Positions 6,955 to 15,551 of a stretch of DNA of 20,000 nt are shown here, piece after piece. Below the pieces are notes generated by a model. It did no database searches and was not told the origin of the DNA. It saw nothing but the letters and a program-made list of their open reading frames with translations. Within the stretch, counting starts at the first letter, position 1. Each line of letters begins with the position of its first letter. A program made the translations under genes and the position numbers. The DNA is taken from the IMG/VR virus record IMGVR_UViG_3300021437_000016; one strand, given 5' to 3'. Origin of the DNA: an uncultured virus (IMG/VR IMGVR_UViG_3300021437_000016) (Duplodnaviria > Heunggongvirae > Uroviricota > Caudoviricetes).

Positions 6955-7187
6955 CCCCCACCGACCTCCGCGCTGCCCGCAAGTCCCTCGGCTATACTCA
7001 GAAGCAGTTAGCCAAGGCCCTGCGCATGGGGAAGCATGGCTGGCAGACCATTAGTAAGTGGGAATCCGATGACTTCACCGGAACGATACCCGGACCTGTC
7101 CAGATCGCGCTTGAGCATATCGCGCACTGTCGCGGCGAGTACAGGAGCATGAGCGATGCGCATCGCCCTAGTGACATCGATCACTGA
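6951..7187 (+). CDS. XRE-family HTH regulator, Aca1-like
   Basis: LRAARKSLGYTQKQLAKAL...TISKWE HTH followed by IPGPVQIALEHIA; GGAGG RBS; last gene of the small-gene operon. Confidence 0.8.
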   Translation: MTPTDLRAARKSLGYTQKQLAKALRMGKHGWQTISKWESDDFTGTIPGPVQIALEHIAHCRGEYRSMSDAHRPSDIDH

Positions 7188-7975
7188 GCCTTGCGGAACC
7201 GGTAGATGCCGTTCTCATCCTGGTACATGAGCGGATTTCCAAGCCCTTCCTGCGCCGCCCACGGAGCAGGGCTCATGATCTGGTTGCGACGCAATGCTCT
7301 GACCTCTTGCTCGGTCGGCTGAGGGATACTGTTGGTCCGATAGTTGATATCGGTGGTGTTCTTGACATCAGCTGCGTGGGCGTTGACGAGGCCGATGTCA
7401 GCCTGCGCTCTTGGCCCCATCCACTTGGTCTGCTCTGCGGTGTTTGCTGCAGCTGCACGCATCTGTGCGATGTTGGCCTCCGTTTCCCCAGGCATCAGCG
7501 CTGCCTTAACGTCGTTAAGGCGCGAGCCTGACAGGTTCTGGGTATAGCCGCCGACAGTGTTCAGCATCAGCGCGGCTTCGGACGGCCTGTACCCACGGTT
7601 CAGATAGTTGTCGAGCGCGCCTGCTCCGCTCTCCCTACCACCCCACACCTGGATGTTGTTCTTGAACCCAGGAGTGGTCCAATTCTGGTAGTGCCCGTTA
7701 CCGATATCGGAGCTGTTGGTCAGCGTATGAGGATTCAGGGACCCGACGCTTTGGTTGCTCCCACGCACCTGTTGGTCGCTCTGGATGCGCCCCCCGGTGT
7801 TCGCGACTCCAGTCAGTGCCTGGATGCCTTGCGTGACAGGGGATGCCGGCTTCGGCGCAGCAGCCACAGCAGGCGTTACGGCAGGCTTCTTTGCCATGTC
7901 GGCAGTCGGCGCGGTCGGCCGCATGATCGAGTAGCTGGAGGCCAGAAGGTTGGCCATGTTGTCGGGGAGTTTCAT
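7181..7975 (-). CDS. Putative virion internal/ejection-type protein, 264 aa
   Basis: Last gene of the virion arm; rich in G/N/Q/A with a TEANIAQMRAAA helical segment; AAGGA RBS. Function inferred from position and composition. Confidence 0.5.
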   Translation of the reverse strand: MKLPDNMANLLASSYSIMRPTAPTADMAKKPAVTPAVAAAPKPASPVTQGIQALTGVANTGGRIQSDQQVRGSNQSVGSLNPHTLTNSSDIGNGHYQNWTTPGFKNNIQVWGGRESGAGALDNYLNRGYRPSEAALMLNTVGGYTQNLSGSRLNDVKAALMPGETEANIAQMRAAAANTAEQTKWMGPRAQADIGLVNAHAADVKNTTDINYRTNSIPQPTEQEVRALRRNQIMSPAPWAAQEGLGNPLMYQDENGIYRFRKAQ

Positions 7976-7989
7976 GTCCTAGGTCCTTA

Positions 7990-9900
7990 TCAGGCGGGTC
8001 CGATGTAGGTGTAGTTGGTAGCCCTGCTTGTGCTGTCTGTGTGGCCGTCCTGCTGCGAGTAGCTCCACGAGTTGCTGCGCTGTGACGCGAAGCTGCTGCT
8101 CGACTGCACGCCGTAGCTGACCGACCAGTTGATGGCGTTGAGCGCCGCGGCTGCGATCTGAGCGTGGACCTGTGCACCGACCTTGGCGGCGTCCGACGCC
8201 ACGTTGCGCGTCGTCACGTAGAGCTCAGCGTTGGCCTTGGCGGCACTGATGCCGATCTCAGCAGTCCGCTGGTTCTGATCGAGGAGCGCCTGCCACTGCT
8301 TGGTGAGGACCTCGTTGTAGGACGACACCCCGGAGACCTCGGCCTTGTAGGCGTCAGCCAGTGACGAGTTGTTGGAGACGATGGCCTGCACCCGGGCAGT
8401 CTCGCCCTGCACCGTGGCCTTGTACTTCTCCAGCTCGATGTTCTTGGCGTCGATCTGACCGCGGAACGCGGCGATGCGGCTGTCCACCTGCTTGGCGGCG
8501 GCTGTCACCTTGGCGCTATAGGCCTCGACCTGCGACTGGTAGACCTGCTGCTTGGTCTGCTCGGCCTGGAGCGTGGCGCGGAAGCCCTCCACCCCAGCGG
8601 TGTAGGCGTTGATCTTGGCACCATAGGCCTTGACCTGCTCACCGTAGATTTCGATCTTGGTCTTCTCGATCTCAGCCTTGGTCTGGATGCCAGCGATCTG
8701 CGCCTTGTAAATCTCGATGTTCGACAGCGAGACTTCCGCCATGGCTTTGTACTGGCTGACCAGCGCGGTGTTGACGTCGGCCTTGACCTTCTCTGCCTCG
8801 ATCTGCGCCTTGTACGCTTCGACCCGCGACATCTCAGCCTGGATTTGCGCCGTGTAAATCTGGACCTTGGTCTTGTAGACGTCGACCAGTGAAGCGTAGG
8901 CCTGCACCTGTGCGTTATAGATCGAGATGCCTGCCTCGGTCGCATACTTGGTGGCGTCGAACAGCCGCTGCTCCACCGAGTTGGTGTAGTTCAGCATCTG
9001 GCCTTCGAGCTGCTGCGCGGTCTGCAGGGCTGCCAGCACGTTGCTCTGCTCCAGCTCAGCCTGCTTGATCATCACCTCGCGGCTGTGGCCGCGCAGCGCG
9101 TAGTCAGTCTCGGTGGTGATCTTGATCCGAGCGTCGAGGTATGTCCCGGGAGGCAAGGCATAGCCGAGGCTCTCCATCCGCTCCAGGTCCGCGATAGCGT
9201 CGCGCTGCGCCCGGTACTCCCGCTCCCGACCACGGTCCCAGATCGCGTTCTCGACGTCGGAGTTAAGCCCGGTGCCGCCGTTCTCGATGCGGTCCTGCAG
9301 CGTGGCAGCCACGCTGGTGAGGAGGGCGGAGGTATACTGCGACCCCGGAACGTACTCGCGCACCGAGGGAGCCGTCAGCGCCAGCACAGGGTCAGTCGCT
9401 GTGAAGGTCGGCATGGTGACACCGTCGAACGGGGTGACGCTGATCGACAACAGGTTCGGCGTGGCTGGGAGCGAGATGCTCAGCGTCGGGTCCACGTAGC
9501 TCAGGTTGATCGCCGGAGCATCCGGTGCCAGCTCGCTGAAGGCTGCAGGCGCAGAGCCGAACGTGAGCGTGGGTGGGGAGTCGTCGAACGGAGCCGGCAT
9601 CAGGTCCGTGATCGTCAGCGTGTCTGTGAATGCTGTCGGAGCAGCAGGAGACTCCCACACGATCTGCTGGAAATCAGGAGTCGCCACGATCGATACAGCA
9701 GGCGCGTCGACCGTGCTGAACGTCGGGGTGATGACGGCAGGAGCCATGCCGGCGACGATACCTGCAAGCTGCAGCGTGTAGTCTGCAACACGTGCGATCT
9801 CAGTCGCCGCAGTGTTCGAGATATCTCCCGGATCGCCGAGCGAGGCACCGCCGATCGGTGCTGGTGATTGTGCTGAGGTATCTGGCGGTAGCGTAGCCAT
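7990..9900 (-). CDS. Long coiled-coil virion protein (putative ejection/tail-tube-extending protein)
   Basis: Pro/Thr-rich N-terminus, then over 250 aa of heptad-like helix with periodic Tyr, then a Ser-rich C-terminus; AGGAGA RBS favours ATG 9900. Confidence 0.6.
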   Translation of the reverse strand: MATLPPDTSAQSPAPIGGASLGDPGDISNTAATEIARVADYTLQLAGIVAGMAPAVITPTFSTVDAPAVSIVATPDFQQIVWESPAAPTAFTDTLTITDLMPAPFDDSPPTLTFGSAPAAFSELAPDAPAINLSYVDPTLSISLPATPNLLSISVTPFDGVTMPTFTATDPVLALTAPSVREYVPGSQYTSALLTSVAATLQDRIENGGTGLNSDVENAIWDRGREREYRAQRDAIADLERMESLGYALPPGTYLDARIKITTETDYALRGHSREVMIKQAELEQSNVLAALQTAQQLEGQMLNYTNSVEQRLFDATKYATEAGISIYNAQVQAYASLVDVYKTKVQIYTAQIQAEMSRVEAYKAQIEAEKVKADVNTALVSQYKAMAEVSLSNIEIYKAQIAGIQTKAEIEKTKIEIYGEQVKAYGAKINAYTAGVEGFRATLQAEQTKQQVYQSQVEAYSAKVTAAAKQVDSRIAAFRGQIDAKNIELEKYKATVQGETARVQAIVSNNSSLADAYKAEVSGVSSYNEVLTKQWQALLDQNQRTAEIGISAAKANAELYVTTRNVASDAAKVGAQVHAQIAAAALNAINWSVSYGVQSSSSFASQRSNSWSYSQQDGHTDSTSRATNYTYIGPA

Positions 9901-9949
9901 CACGATCTCCTGAAGCCTGCTCTGTATCAGCTACGCGCAGCGCGTACAA

Positions 9950-10264
9950 TCACGGAATAGCAGCCCAGCTCTCGGCAATGATCTGGTCCTGAGGTGTCGG
10001 GTCCCGGTCGGCGTTGACGCTCTTGGGCGGCGGTGCGATGCTCCCTGCACAGGCTGAGGTGTTGTCGAGCTTTGGTAGCGGAAGCCCCATGTACCGATCA
10101 TCGAGAAAGTAATCATAGGTCCGCACAAGCTCCTGGCGCGGAGGGTCAGGGAGTGAGCTCCCATCATCCAGCCAACGATCATAACCGCCGGGGAAGTCAT
10201 CCACCCAGCGGTCGTAGATCGCCCGCCCGCGCACCATGGTGGCGCTGCGCTCTCCTGCATCCAT
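9950..10264 (-). CDS. Hypothetical protein, ~104 aa
   Basis: Fills the gap in the - strand operon; GGAG RBS upstream of ATG 10264. Confidence 0.55.
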   Translation of the reverse strand: MDAGERSATMVRGRAIYDRWVDDFPGGYDRWLDDGSSLPDPPRQELVRTYDYFLDDRYMGLPLPKLDNTSACAGSIAPPPKSVNADRDPTPQDQIIAESWAAIP

Positions 10265-10266
10265 CG

Positions 10267-11094
10267 TCAATCACTCCAAGCGCGAAGGGAGTAGACGAAC
10301 CCACCGAGGGACTCGACCTCTTCCCTGAACTGGTTGTAGGCCCCGGCCGCAGCGTAGAACCCTGGATACACGTTGGCTGCCGACTCTGAGATGATGTCGA
10401 ACGGAGGAGAGTCCAGGAACACATAGAACCCGCGGCCTGCGAACGCGTCGCCAGTGAGCATCTCCGCGATCCCGAGCCGATCGCGCATGATCGGTATCCA
10501 CTGATCTGAGCCCGCCGGGGCGTGCCCGTAGTCCGGGGTCACCGGGACCACCCACATAAGCGGGTCAGCATAGACTGCGTCAGGGATGCTGAGCGCTGCC
10601 TCAGGTCCGCCTGTCGGGCGGATGATGAACATCGGTGCGCGGGGGTGCGCCTCTCGGAACGCGTCGTACCCGGATTGCAGGATTCCTTGGATCGTCAGGT
10701 CTGTTTCATCTGCTATCTCAGGTCGCACACTCATCACAGAGATGAAGATGTAGTCCGGGTTGAACACCACACGACGGGGGTACCCCTCCACACCTGTTGC
10801 AGGAGCGTTCCCAGTAACTTGTTGGGGTGTGATTGTCACGATCTCCTGACCCTGCAACCGCTGGTAGCGCAGCTTGTGGTCGCCTCGATCCTCGATCATG
10901 TGCTCATGCTCGATGAACCCTGCGTCAGTCATAGACGCTGCCTTCCGGTAGAAGTGGCGCATCGAGGCTGCGAAGTGGTCCAGCACCGCTGCTGTGGCTG
11001 GATCATCAGGAGCTATTCCGCTGACCCGGAAGATCGGCATCGAGCGGGAGATGTCCTGGCTTCCGGGCGGTATCCAGAACGGGAGCTTAGACAC
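10267..11094 (-). CDS. Hypothetical virion-module protein, 275 aa
   Basis: Overlaps the upstream gene end; long ORF with operon-consistent codon usage. Confidence 0.7.
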   Translation of the reverse strand: MSKLPFWIPPGSQDISRSMPIFRVSGIAPDDPATAAVLDHFAASMRHFYRKAASMTDAGFIEHEHMIEDRGDHKLRYQRLQGQEIVTITPQQVTGNAPATGVEGYPRRVVFNPDYIFISVMSVRPEIADETDLTIQGILQSGYDAFREAHPRAPMFIIRPTGGPEAALSIPDAVYADPLMWVVPVTPDYGHAPAGSDQWIPIMRDRLGIAEMLTGDAFAGRGFYVFLDSPPFDIISESAANVYPGFYAAAGAYNQFREEVESLGGFVYSLRAWSD

Positions 11095-12256
11095 GGCGGT
11101 TCACCACAATGGGCACGAACTCCAGCGTGTCGAGGTCGAAGTCCTGCCCGGCGCTGATCAGCTCGAATGAGAAGTACCGAGAGCGCTGGCCCTTGCCCAT
11201 GTGGACCCGGGTGGAGCGCATGCTCTGCGTGGTGATGCCGTAGTTGTAGGTCGTGCCGTCACCGTCCACGATCTTGAGGACGAAGTCCCCAGCCCCGCGT
11301 GTGGCGATATAGGCAGTGGACAGGCGCGAGAGCCGGGGGCCTCCGAACTGAAGGAGACCCCCTTTGATCCGCGCGACGATACCTGTCCCGGCGTCATCGT
11401 CGCCAAGGAGTTCGTAGATGCCACCGGTCACAGGGTCGGATGACGCTGCGATGAACTTCCCGTCCAACACGGCATAGCTGTTGAAGTTGTAGTTGCTGTA
11501 CTCGGTCACCGCCCCGGTGCGTGTGTTGATCGCCCAGGTGGTGAAGTTCCCATTGGGTGCGGCATAGGCCGCGGTGATCTCGAAGCCGTCCCACAGAGAG
11601 TCGCTGTAGACCATCTCCACAAGCTGGTCGAACTCGATGGCAACGCCGTCGGTAACCGAGACACGAAGCAGCAGTGTGCCCTCTGGAGGGTCCTCCGCCA
11701 GTACGAGCTCTTCTGTCAGCGTGTCGTAGGTGAGGCGCAGCGTGCTGAGCGCCTCCGCGATCCCTACACCCTCAACGATATCTGCTCCGAAGAACTGGCC
11801 CAGCGAGGATGCGACCCGCAGCTGGTCCACCAGCGACATCTGGTAGTGCGTAGACGGCGTGACGGTGCGCGAGAGGATGAGCGCATCGACGATGCGTGCT
11901 GCCTGGGTCACCACCTGCGTCAGACCCATGCCGACGCCGGACGTCAGGCTGACCGGAATGCCCTTGTAGACTTGCTCAAGGATCGCAGCTGTGTCGGCAA
12001 GCGACAGGTGGTAGCGCAGGTTCGGGACGAAAGTCTCGGCAGCACGGATGACCTCTGCGACCAGCACGGCATAGGTGCCGGAGGCGGTCCCCGCCACACC
12101 GACACCGGAGGTGAGAGAGCCGACAGCCGCGCGGACCCCGTCAGGGACAGGGCTCACCCGGATATCAGTCGAGATGCGTTCGACCGGATAATACGTGCGA
12201 TCGACCAACCCGATAATGGGCCAGTCGATCAGCTCGTCCTCAAATACTGTCGGCAT
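11087..12256 (-). CDS. Putative tail structural protein, 389 aa
   Basis: C-terminal TWAINTRTGAVTEYSNYNFNS...GKGQRSRYFSFEL...DFDLDTLEF domain resembles phage tail proteins; N-terminal beta-rich pseudo-repeats; GAGGTG RBS. Confidence 0.65.
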   Translation of the reverse strand: MPTVFEDELIDWPIIGLVDRTYYPVERISTDIRVSPVPDGVRAAVGSLTSGVGVAGTASGTYAVLVAEVIRAAETFVPNLRYHLSLADTAAILEQVYKGIPVSLTSGVGMGLTQVVTQAARIVDALILSRTVTPSTHYQMSLVDQLRVASSLGQFFGADIVEGVGIAEALSTLRLTYDTLTEELVLAEDPPEGTLLLRVSVTDGVAIEFDQLVEMVYSDSLWDGFEITAAYAAPNGNFTTWAINTRTGAVTEYSNYNFNSYAVLDGKFIAASSDPVTGGIYELLGDDDAGTGIVARIKGGLLQFGGPRLSRLSTAYIATRGAGDFVLKIVDGDGTTYNYGITTQSMRSTRVHMGKGQRSRYFSFELISAGQDFDLDTLEFVPIVVNRRV

Positions 12257-12282
12257 TATCCGTCCACCTCAGTGCGACGGCA

Positions 12283-12816
12283 TTACACCGACGAAGCGTT
12301 GAAGGTATAGGTCAGCAGCAGCTGATCGCCCAACACCACCGACTTGGAGGCGGAGAAGCGTGCAGCCGAGAAGAGCGTCCCGGTCGTGCCTGACTTGGTG
12401 CTGTTCGACACCAGGAACGCGCCGTAGATCGTCTTGGTCGCGTTGAAGGTGAACGTCGCACGGCTGGCGCTATTGGTGATGCTCTGGCTGGCTGCCGCAG
12501 CTTCGTCGTAGGCCTGACGCGTGGCTTCGTCGTATGCGGTGCACTCAGTCGAGGCAGCAGTGATCGAGGCAGCAGTGACGCCGGCGACCGGGGTGTAGTT
12601 ACCCTCGAACACGCCGAGATACCAGGTGGTGATCTGGGTATCGCCGTGGAACATGATGTTCAGCAGCGAGTTGAGGCCCTCATTGCAGACGATGTTGTCA
12701 TCCGCGAACTCGTCGATGACCTGACCATCACGGATGATCTGACCTTCGTAGCGGCCCCCGACAAGCAGCTTCTGCGACGGCAGAAGGATGCCTCCAGCAC
12801 TCTTTTCGTAGTCCAT
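12283..12816 (-). CDS. Putative tail structural protein, 177 aa
   Basis: NIVCNEGLNSLL...WYLGVF...TIYGAFL...GTLFSAARF...GDQLLLTY pattern typical of small phage tail/fibre-associated proteins; AGGGGG RBS favours ATG 12816. Confidence 0.7.
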   Translation of the reverse strand: MDYEKSAGGILLPSQKLLVGGRYEGQIIRDGQVIDEFADDNIVCNEGLNSLLNIMFHGDTQITTWYLGVFEGNYTPVAGVTAASITAASTECTAYDEATRQAYDEAAAASQSITNSASRATFTFNATKTIYGAFLVSNSTKSGTTGTLFSAARFSASKSVVLGDQLLLTYTFNASSV

Positions 12817-12884
12817 CTTCATACCCCCTGAAATCGTGGGAAGGTTGGTATCACCATCACGCACCGTGCGCAATGCTGTTCGCG

Positions 12885-14069
12885 CTAGTCGCCCCAGAGG
12901 CCATCCCAGTAATCAATCACCAGAGTGCTTCCGGTAGTGGTGACGGTCTCAGATAAAATGGTTGCTGCGGTTGTGAATGGAATACCGCTACTGGTCACTC
13001 CATAATCGTTGGAGCGATTCACAACGCCACCGGTACCGGGATACTCCAGCACAGAGAACAGCCCAGGACTCCCCCATGCGCCGGGAAGGCTGATCGGTGT
13101 AAATGCGGAAACACCTGGGACAACCGCCCGCCGCAGGGTCGCCGCAACGATCGCCGGGTTTCCGTTGTTGTAGTCATACGGCGCGATATATCCTCCGGTC
13201 ACCGGAGCGGTTAACACAAAAAGAGGTGCATGCCAGTCCAGAGCCCAAACGCGGAGCTGATAACCTCCAGGAGAGACCCCGACGAAAATGCCTGGATCGG
13301 GTGGGTAGAATCCATGGATGTTGACGAACTCTCCGAAATCTACCGATTGTGTGCGAGCGTTAACGAGACTCCATGAGTACGGGCCGATGGAGTTCCGACA
13401 ATACCCAGGACCGACACTCAGAGACCCGCTGTTCCCTGTTTGGAGTATCGAAGTCCCGATTTGAAAAGAAGGTGATCCATTAAATGTCAGCCCGGAAATC
13501 ACGTTCATGCCGCTGCTTCCTGCGACCACGTCGATTGTGAGCGTGTCACTTGCAGTGTGATTAACTCTCGACACCCAGTTGTTTATCGTTGTGGACGCTG
13601 CGTACTGCACACCAGGAGTCCCGCTCAAGTTGAAAGCAAGGAGAAGGTTGTCCAGCGTATCGGTCAGCGTCGCTCCGATCTGGATGTGGCCGTCCGAATC
13701 CGTCAGAGTGTCTTGGAACGTATATGTGTGGCCGCCAAAAGAGAACGCATCACCGTCGATTGGATTGACCGCAAACCCGAGCGCAAACCGCGAATATACG
13801 GGAGGTACCCATTCGATCAGCTCGAAGTTCTTGGTCTGGAGCTCCAGGAGATGCGTCGTACCACTTGAGATCGAGACTCGGCTATTGCTGTCAATGAACG
13901 GCTTTCCCGCGTTCTGCGGATTGGTGCTTGGCAGCGACAATCCCATTGAGTCCAGAATCCGAGCGACGGTCGTCTTACCATCAGTGGTCCCACCTCGAAC
14001 AGCATACAGCTCTTCGTTGCCCTGCAGTGTGCCGAGATCAGTCTCGTTGGTGACCTTGGTATCAGCCAT
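12885..14069 (-). CDS. Putative tail fibre/receptor-binding protein, 394 aa
   Basis: MADTKVT...GKTTV N-terminal anchor-like motif, an LPSTNPQNAGKPF motif and a beta-rich G/S/T body; visibly more A/T-ending codons than its neighbours. Confidence 0.6.
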   Translation of the reverse strand: MADTKVTNETDLGTLQGNEELYAVRGGTTDGKTTVARILDSMGLSLPSTNPQNAGKPFIDSNSRVSISSGTTHLLELQTKNFELIEWVPPVYSRFALGFAVNPIDGDAFSFGGHTYTFQDTLTDSDGHIQIGATLTDTLDNLLLAFNLSGTPGVQYAASTTINNWVSRVNHTASDTLTIDVVAGSSGMNVISGLTFNGSPSFQIGTSILQTGNSGSLSVGPGYCRNSIGPYSWSLVNARTQSVDFGEFVNIHGFYPPDPGIFVGVSPGGYQLRVWALDWHAPLFVLTAPVTGGYIAPYDYNNGNPAIVAATLRRAVVPGVSAFTPISLPGAWGSPGLFSVLEYPGTGGVVNRSNDYGVTSSGIPFTTAATILSETVTTTGSTLVIDYWDGLWGD

Positions 14070-14072
14070 TGC

Positions 14073-15248
14073 TTATGCCCTCAGAATCGCAGAGCCGTCG
14101 GCTCTCAGGAGATAGGAGCCATCAGTGCGAAGGATGGCGTTGACGTGTGTCGCCGGTGGAGTCGCAACCGCAGGCCGGAACCGGACAATCTCAGCGTCGA
14201 TGTAGTCACCGATGCGGGCGGTTGAAGAGGGGGAGCCGCCCGCATCGGCTGTGACCACATAGCTCATGAAGCCATCCAAGTCACGCACCATTGCAGCAGA
14301 AGCGATCGCCCCTGGGAACACCACACGGTTACGCGTCAGGTTGTAGACCTCACCACCGTCGAACGCCGCGCAGACCCCGTCATTGGTGAGGAACATGAAC
14401 GCTCCGGCCTCAGGGACCGGGTTGCCTTGCCTTGCTTGCGGGTGGACGCGCGACGCCGGGAGCGGGACGCATGAGCCCTTCACCACGCCAGTGTCCATGA
14501 CAATGTCACGCTTCATGCCTTCACTGAACACGCCGTGCAGGAAGTAGAGCTTCTCGGTGGTGCCGACATAGAGCCCATCATCAGCGGCAGCCAGCATGGT
14601 GATGTCGTGCTCGAACTGCAGGAAGTTCCGGGTCTTGTCGACGTGATCGTAGAGGTAGAGATCGGTCGTCCAGAGCGTGCTGCCATGCACCATGTAGATG
14701 CGGCCTCGATAGTATTCGAGCAGCGTGGCTGTTGGCGGCGGTCCGAGCAGCTTGCCTCCGATCGCACCCAGCGTGTCGGTCGGCGAGATGACAGGCGAGA
14801 GCCATGTGGCGACTGCCGCACCCCACTGGTCTACCGCGAACCCCGACGGCCTCGCGTTCTGGTGGCTGGGCATGTACCAGAACTTGATTGATTGGGCTCC
14901 GTCGCTGGCATAGAACGTGTCACCGACCATGGTGATGCTGACAGGGCCGTTGGTGCCCTCGTTGAAGTCGTAGATAAGATTGAGGGCCCAATCTTCCTGA
15001 AGGCGGAACAGGATGCCTTGAGCTGCACAGAACGTGTACCCGCCAAGCGTCTTCAGGCTGTGGCACCGCTGATCGTTCATCAGCACATACCCGCGCCGGC
15101 GATGGAGCTGACCCTCATCGTCGATGTCCACATTGACGGCAGCCTCAAGGTCCGTCGTCTTCAAGCGCTCAGGCGTCACCGTGTTCTTGACCCCGTCGAA
15201 GCTCGACAGGATCAGCGTCTCCGGTGCTTGAGGAGGCTGGCTCGCCAC
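14073..15248 (-). CDS. Putative tail nozzle/stabilisation-like beta-propeller virion protein, 391 aa
   Basis: FDGVKN...AVNVDIDDEGQLHRRRGY N-terminus, YRGRIY and DGLYVGT beta repeats; C-terminal ILRTDGSYLLRADG tail; directly abuts the upstream stop. Confidence 0.6.
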   Translation of the reverse strand: MASQPPQAPETLILSSFDGVKNTVTPERLKTTDLEAAVNVDIDDEGQLHRRRGYVLMNDQRCHSLKTLGGYTFCAAQGILFRLQEDWALNLIYDFNEGTNGPVSITMVGDTFYASDGAQSIKFWYMPSHQNARPSGFAVDQWGAAVATWLSPVISPTDTLGAIGGKLLGPPPTATLLEYYRGRIYMVHGSTLWTTDLYLYDHVDKTRNFLQFEHDITMLAAADDGLYVGTTEKLYFLHGVFSEGMKRDIVMDTGVVKGSCVPLPASRVHPQARQGNPVPEAGAFMFLTNDGVCAAFDGGEVYNLTRNRVVFPGAIASAAMVRDLDGFMSYVVTADAGGSPSSTARIGDYIDAEIVRFRPAVATPPATHVNAILRTDGSYLLRADGSAILRA

Positions 15249-15524
15249 TTATTTGCTCCTGATCTTGAGCTTCACTGTCTCGTCGTAGATGCGCCCTGCG
15301 CTGGTGGTGATCCGGTTGAGGACCTCCGCGGTCGACCCGTCCGTACCGCCTGCTACCCAGACGGTGGTGATACCCGAGGCGTAGGCCTGGTTGCTGAGCG
15401 TCACGTCACCACTCACCACCGTGAACACCGAGGCTGCGATGGTCTCGCCGGTCACGAGCCGGTCGACCCAGTTGACCTGGTAATCCAGAAACTCGTTCGG
15501 GTCTTTGGCTGGCCAGACGTGCAT
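15249..15524 (-). CDS. Putative fibre-tail adaptor (KDPxxxLDY family), 91 aa
   Basis: KDPNEFLDYQVNW...TTVWVAGGTDG...NRITTSAGR matches a recognisable small phage adaptor family; lies directly after the fibre gene. Confidence 0.7.
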   Translation of the reverse strand: MHVWPAKDPNEFLDYQVNWVDRLVTGETIAASVFTVVSGDVTLSNQAYASGITTVWVAGGTDGSTAEVLNRITTSAGRIYDETVKLKIRSK

Positions 15525-15551
15525 GGGTACCCCCTGAAAACTCGAACCTGT

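Noticed and set aside
6845..7054. 69-aa + strand ORF in the track
   Set aside because: No RBS; overlaps the better-supported acidic ORF 6775-6954 and the HTH gene in other frames.
6775..7187. Type II toxin-antitoxin pair
   Set aside because: The upstream ORF is strongly acidic with no RelE/HigB/HicA features; the acr-aca reading fits better, though TA is not formally excluded.
12822..15539. 12-bp repeat TACCCCCTGAAA at 12822-12833 and 15528-15539
   Set aside because: Both copies are the RBS context (TTTCAGGGGGTA) of - strand genes; too short to support a separate element.
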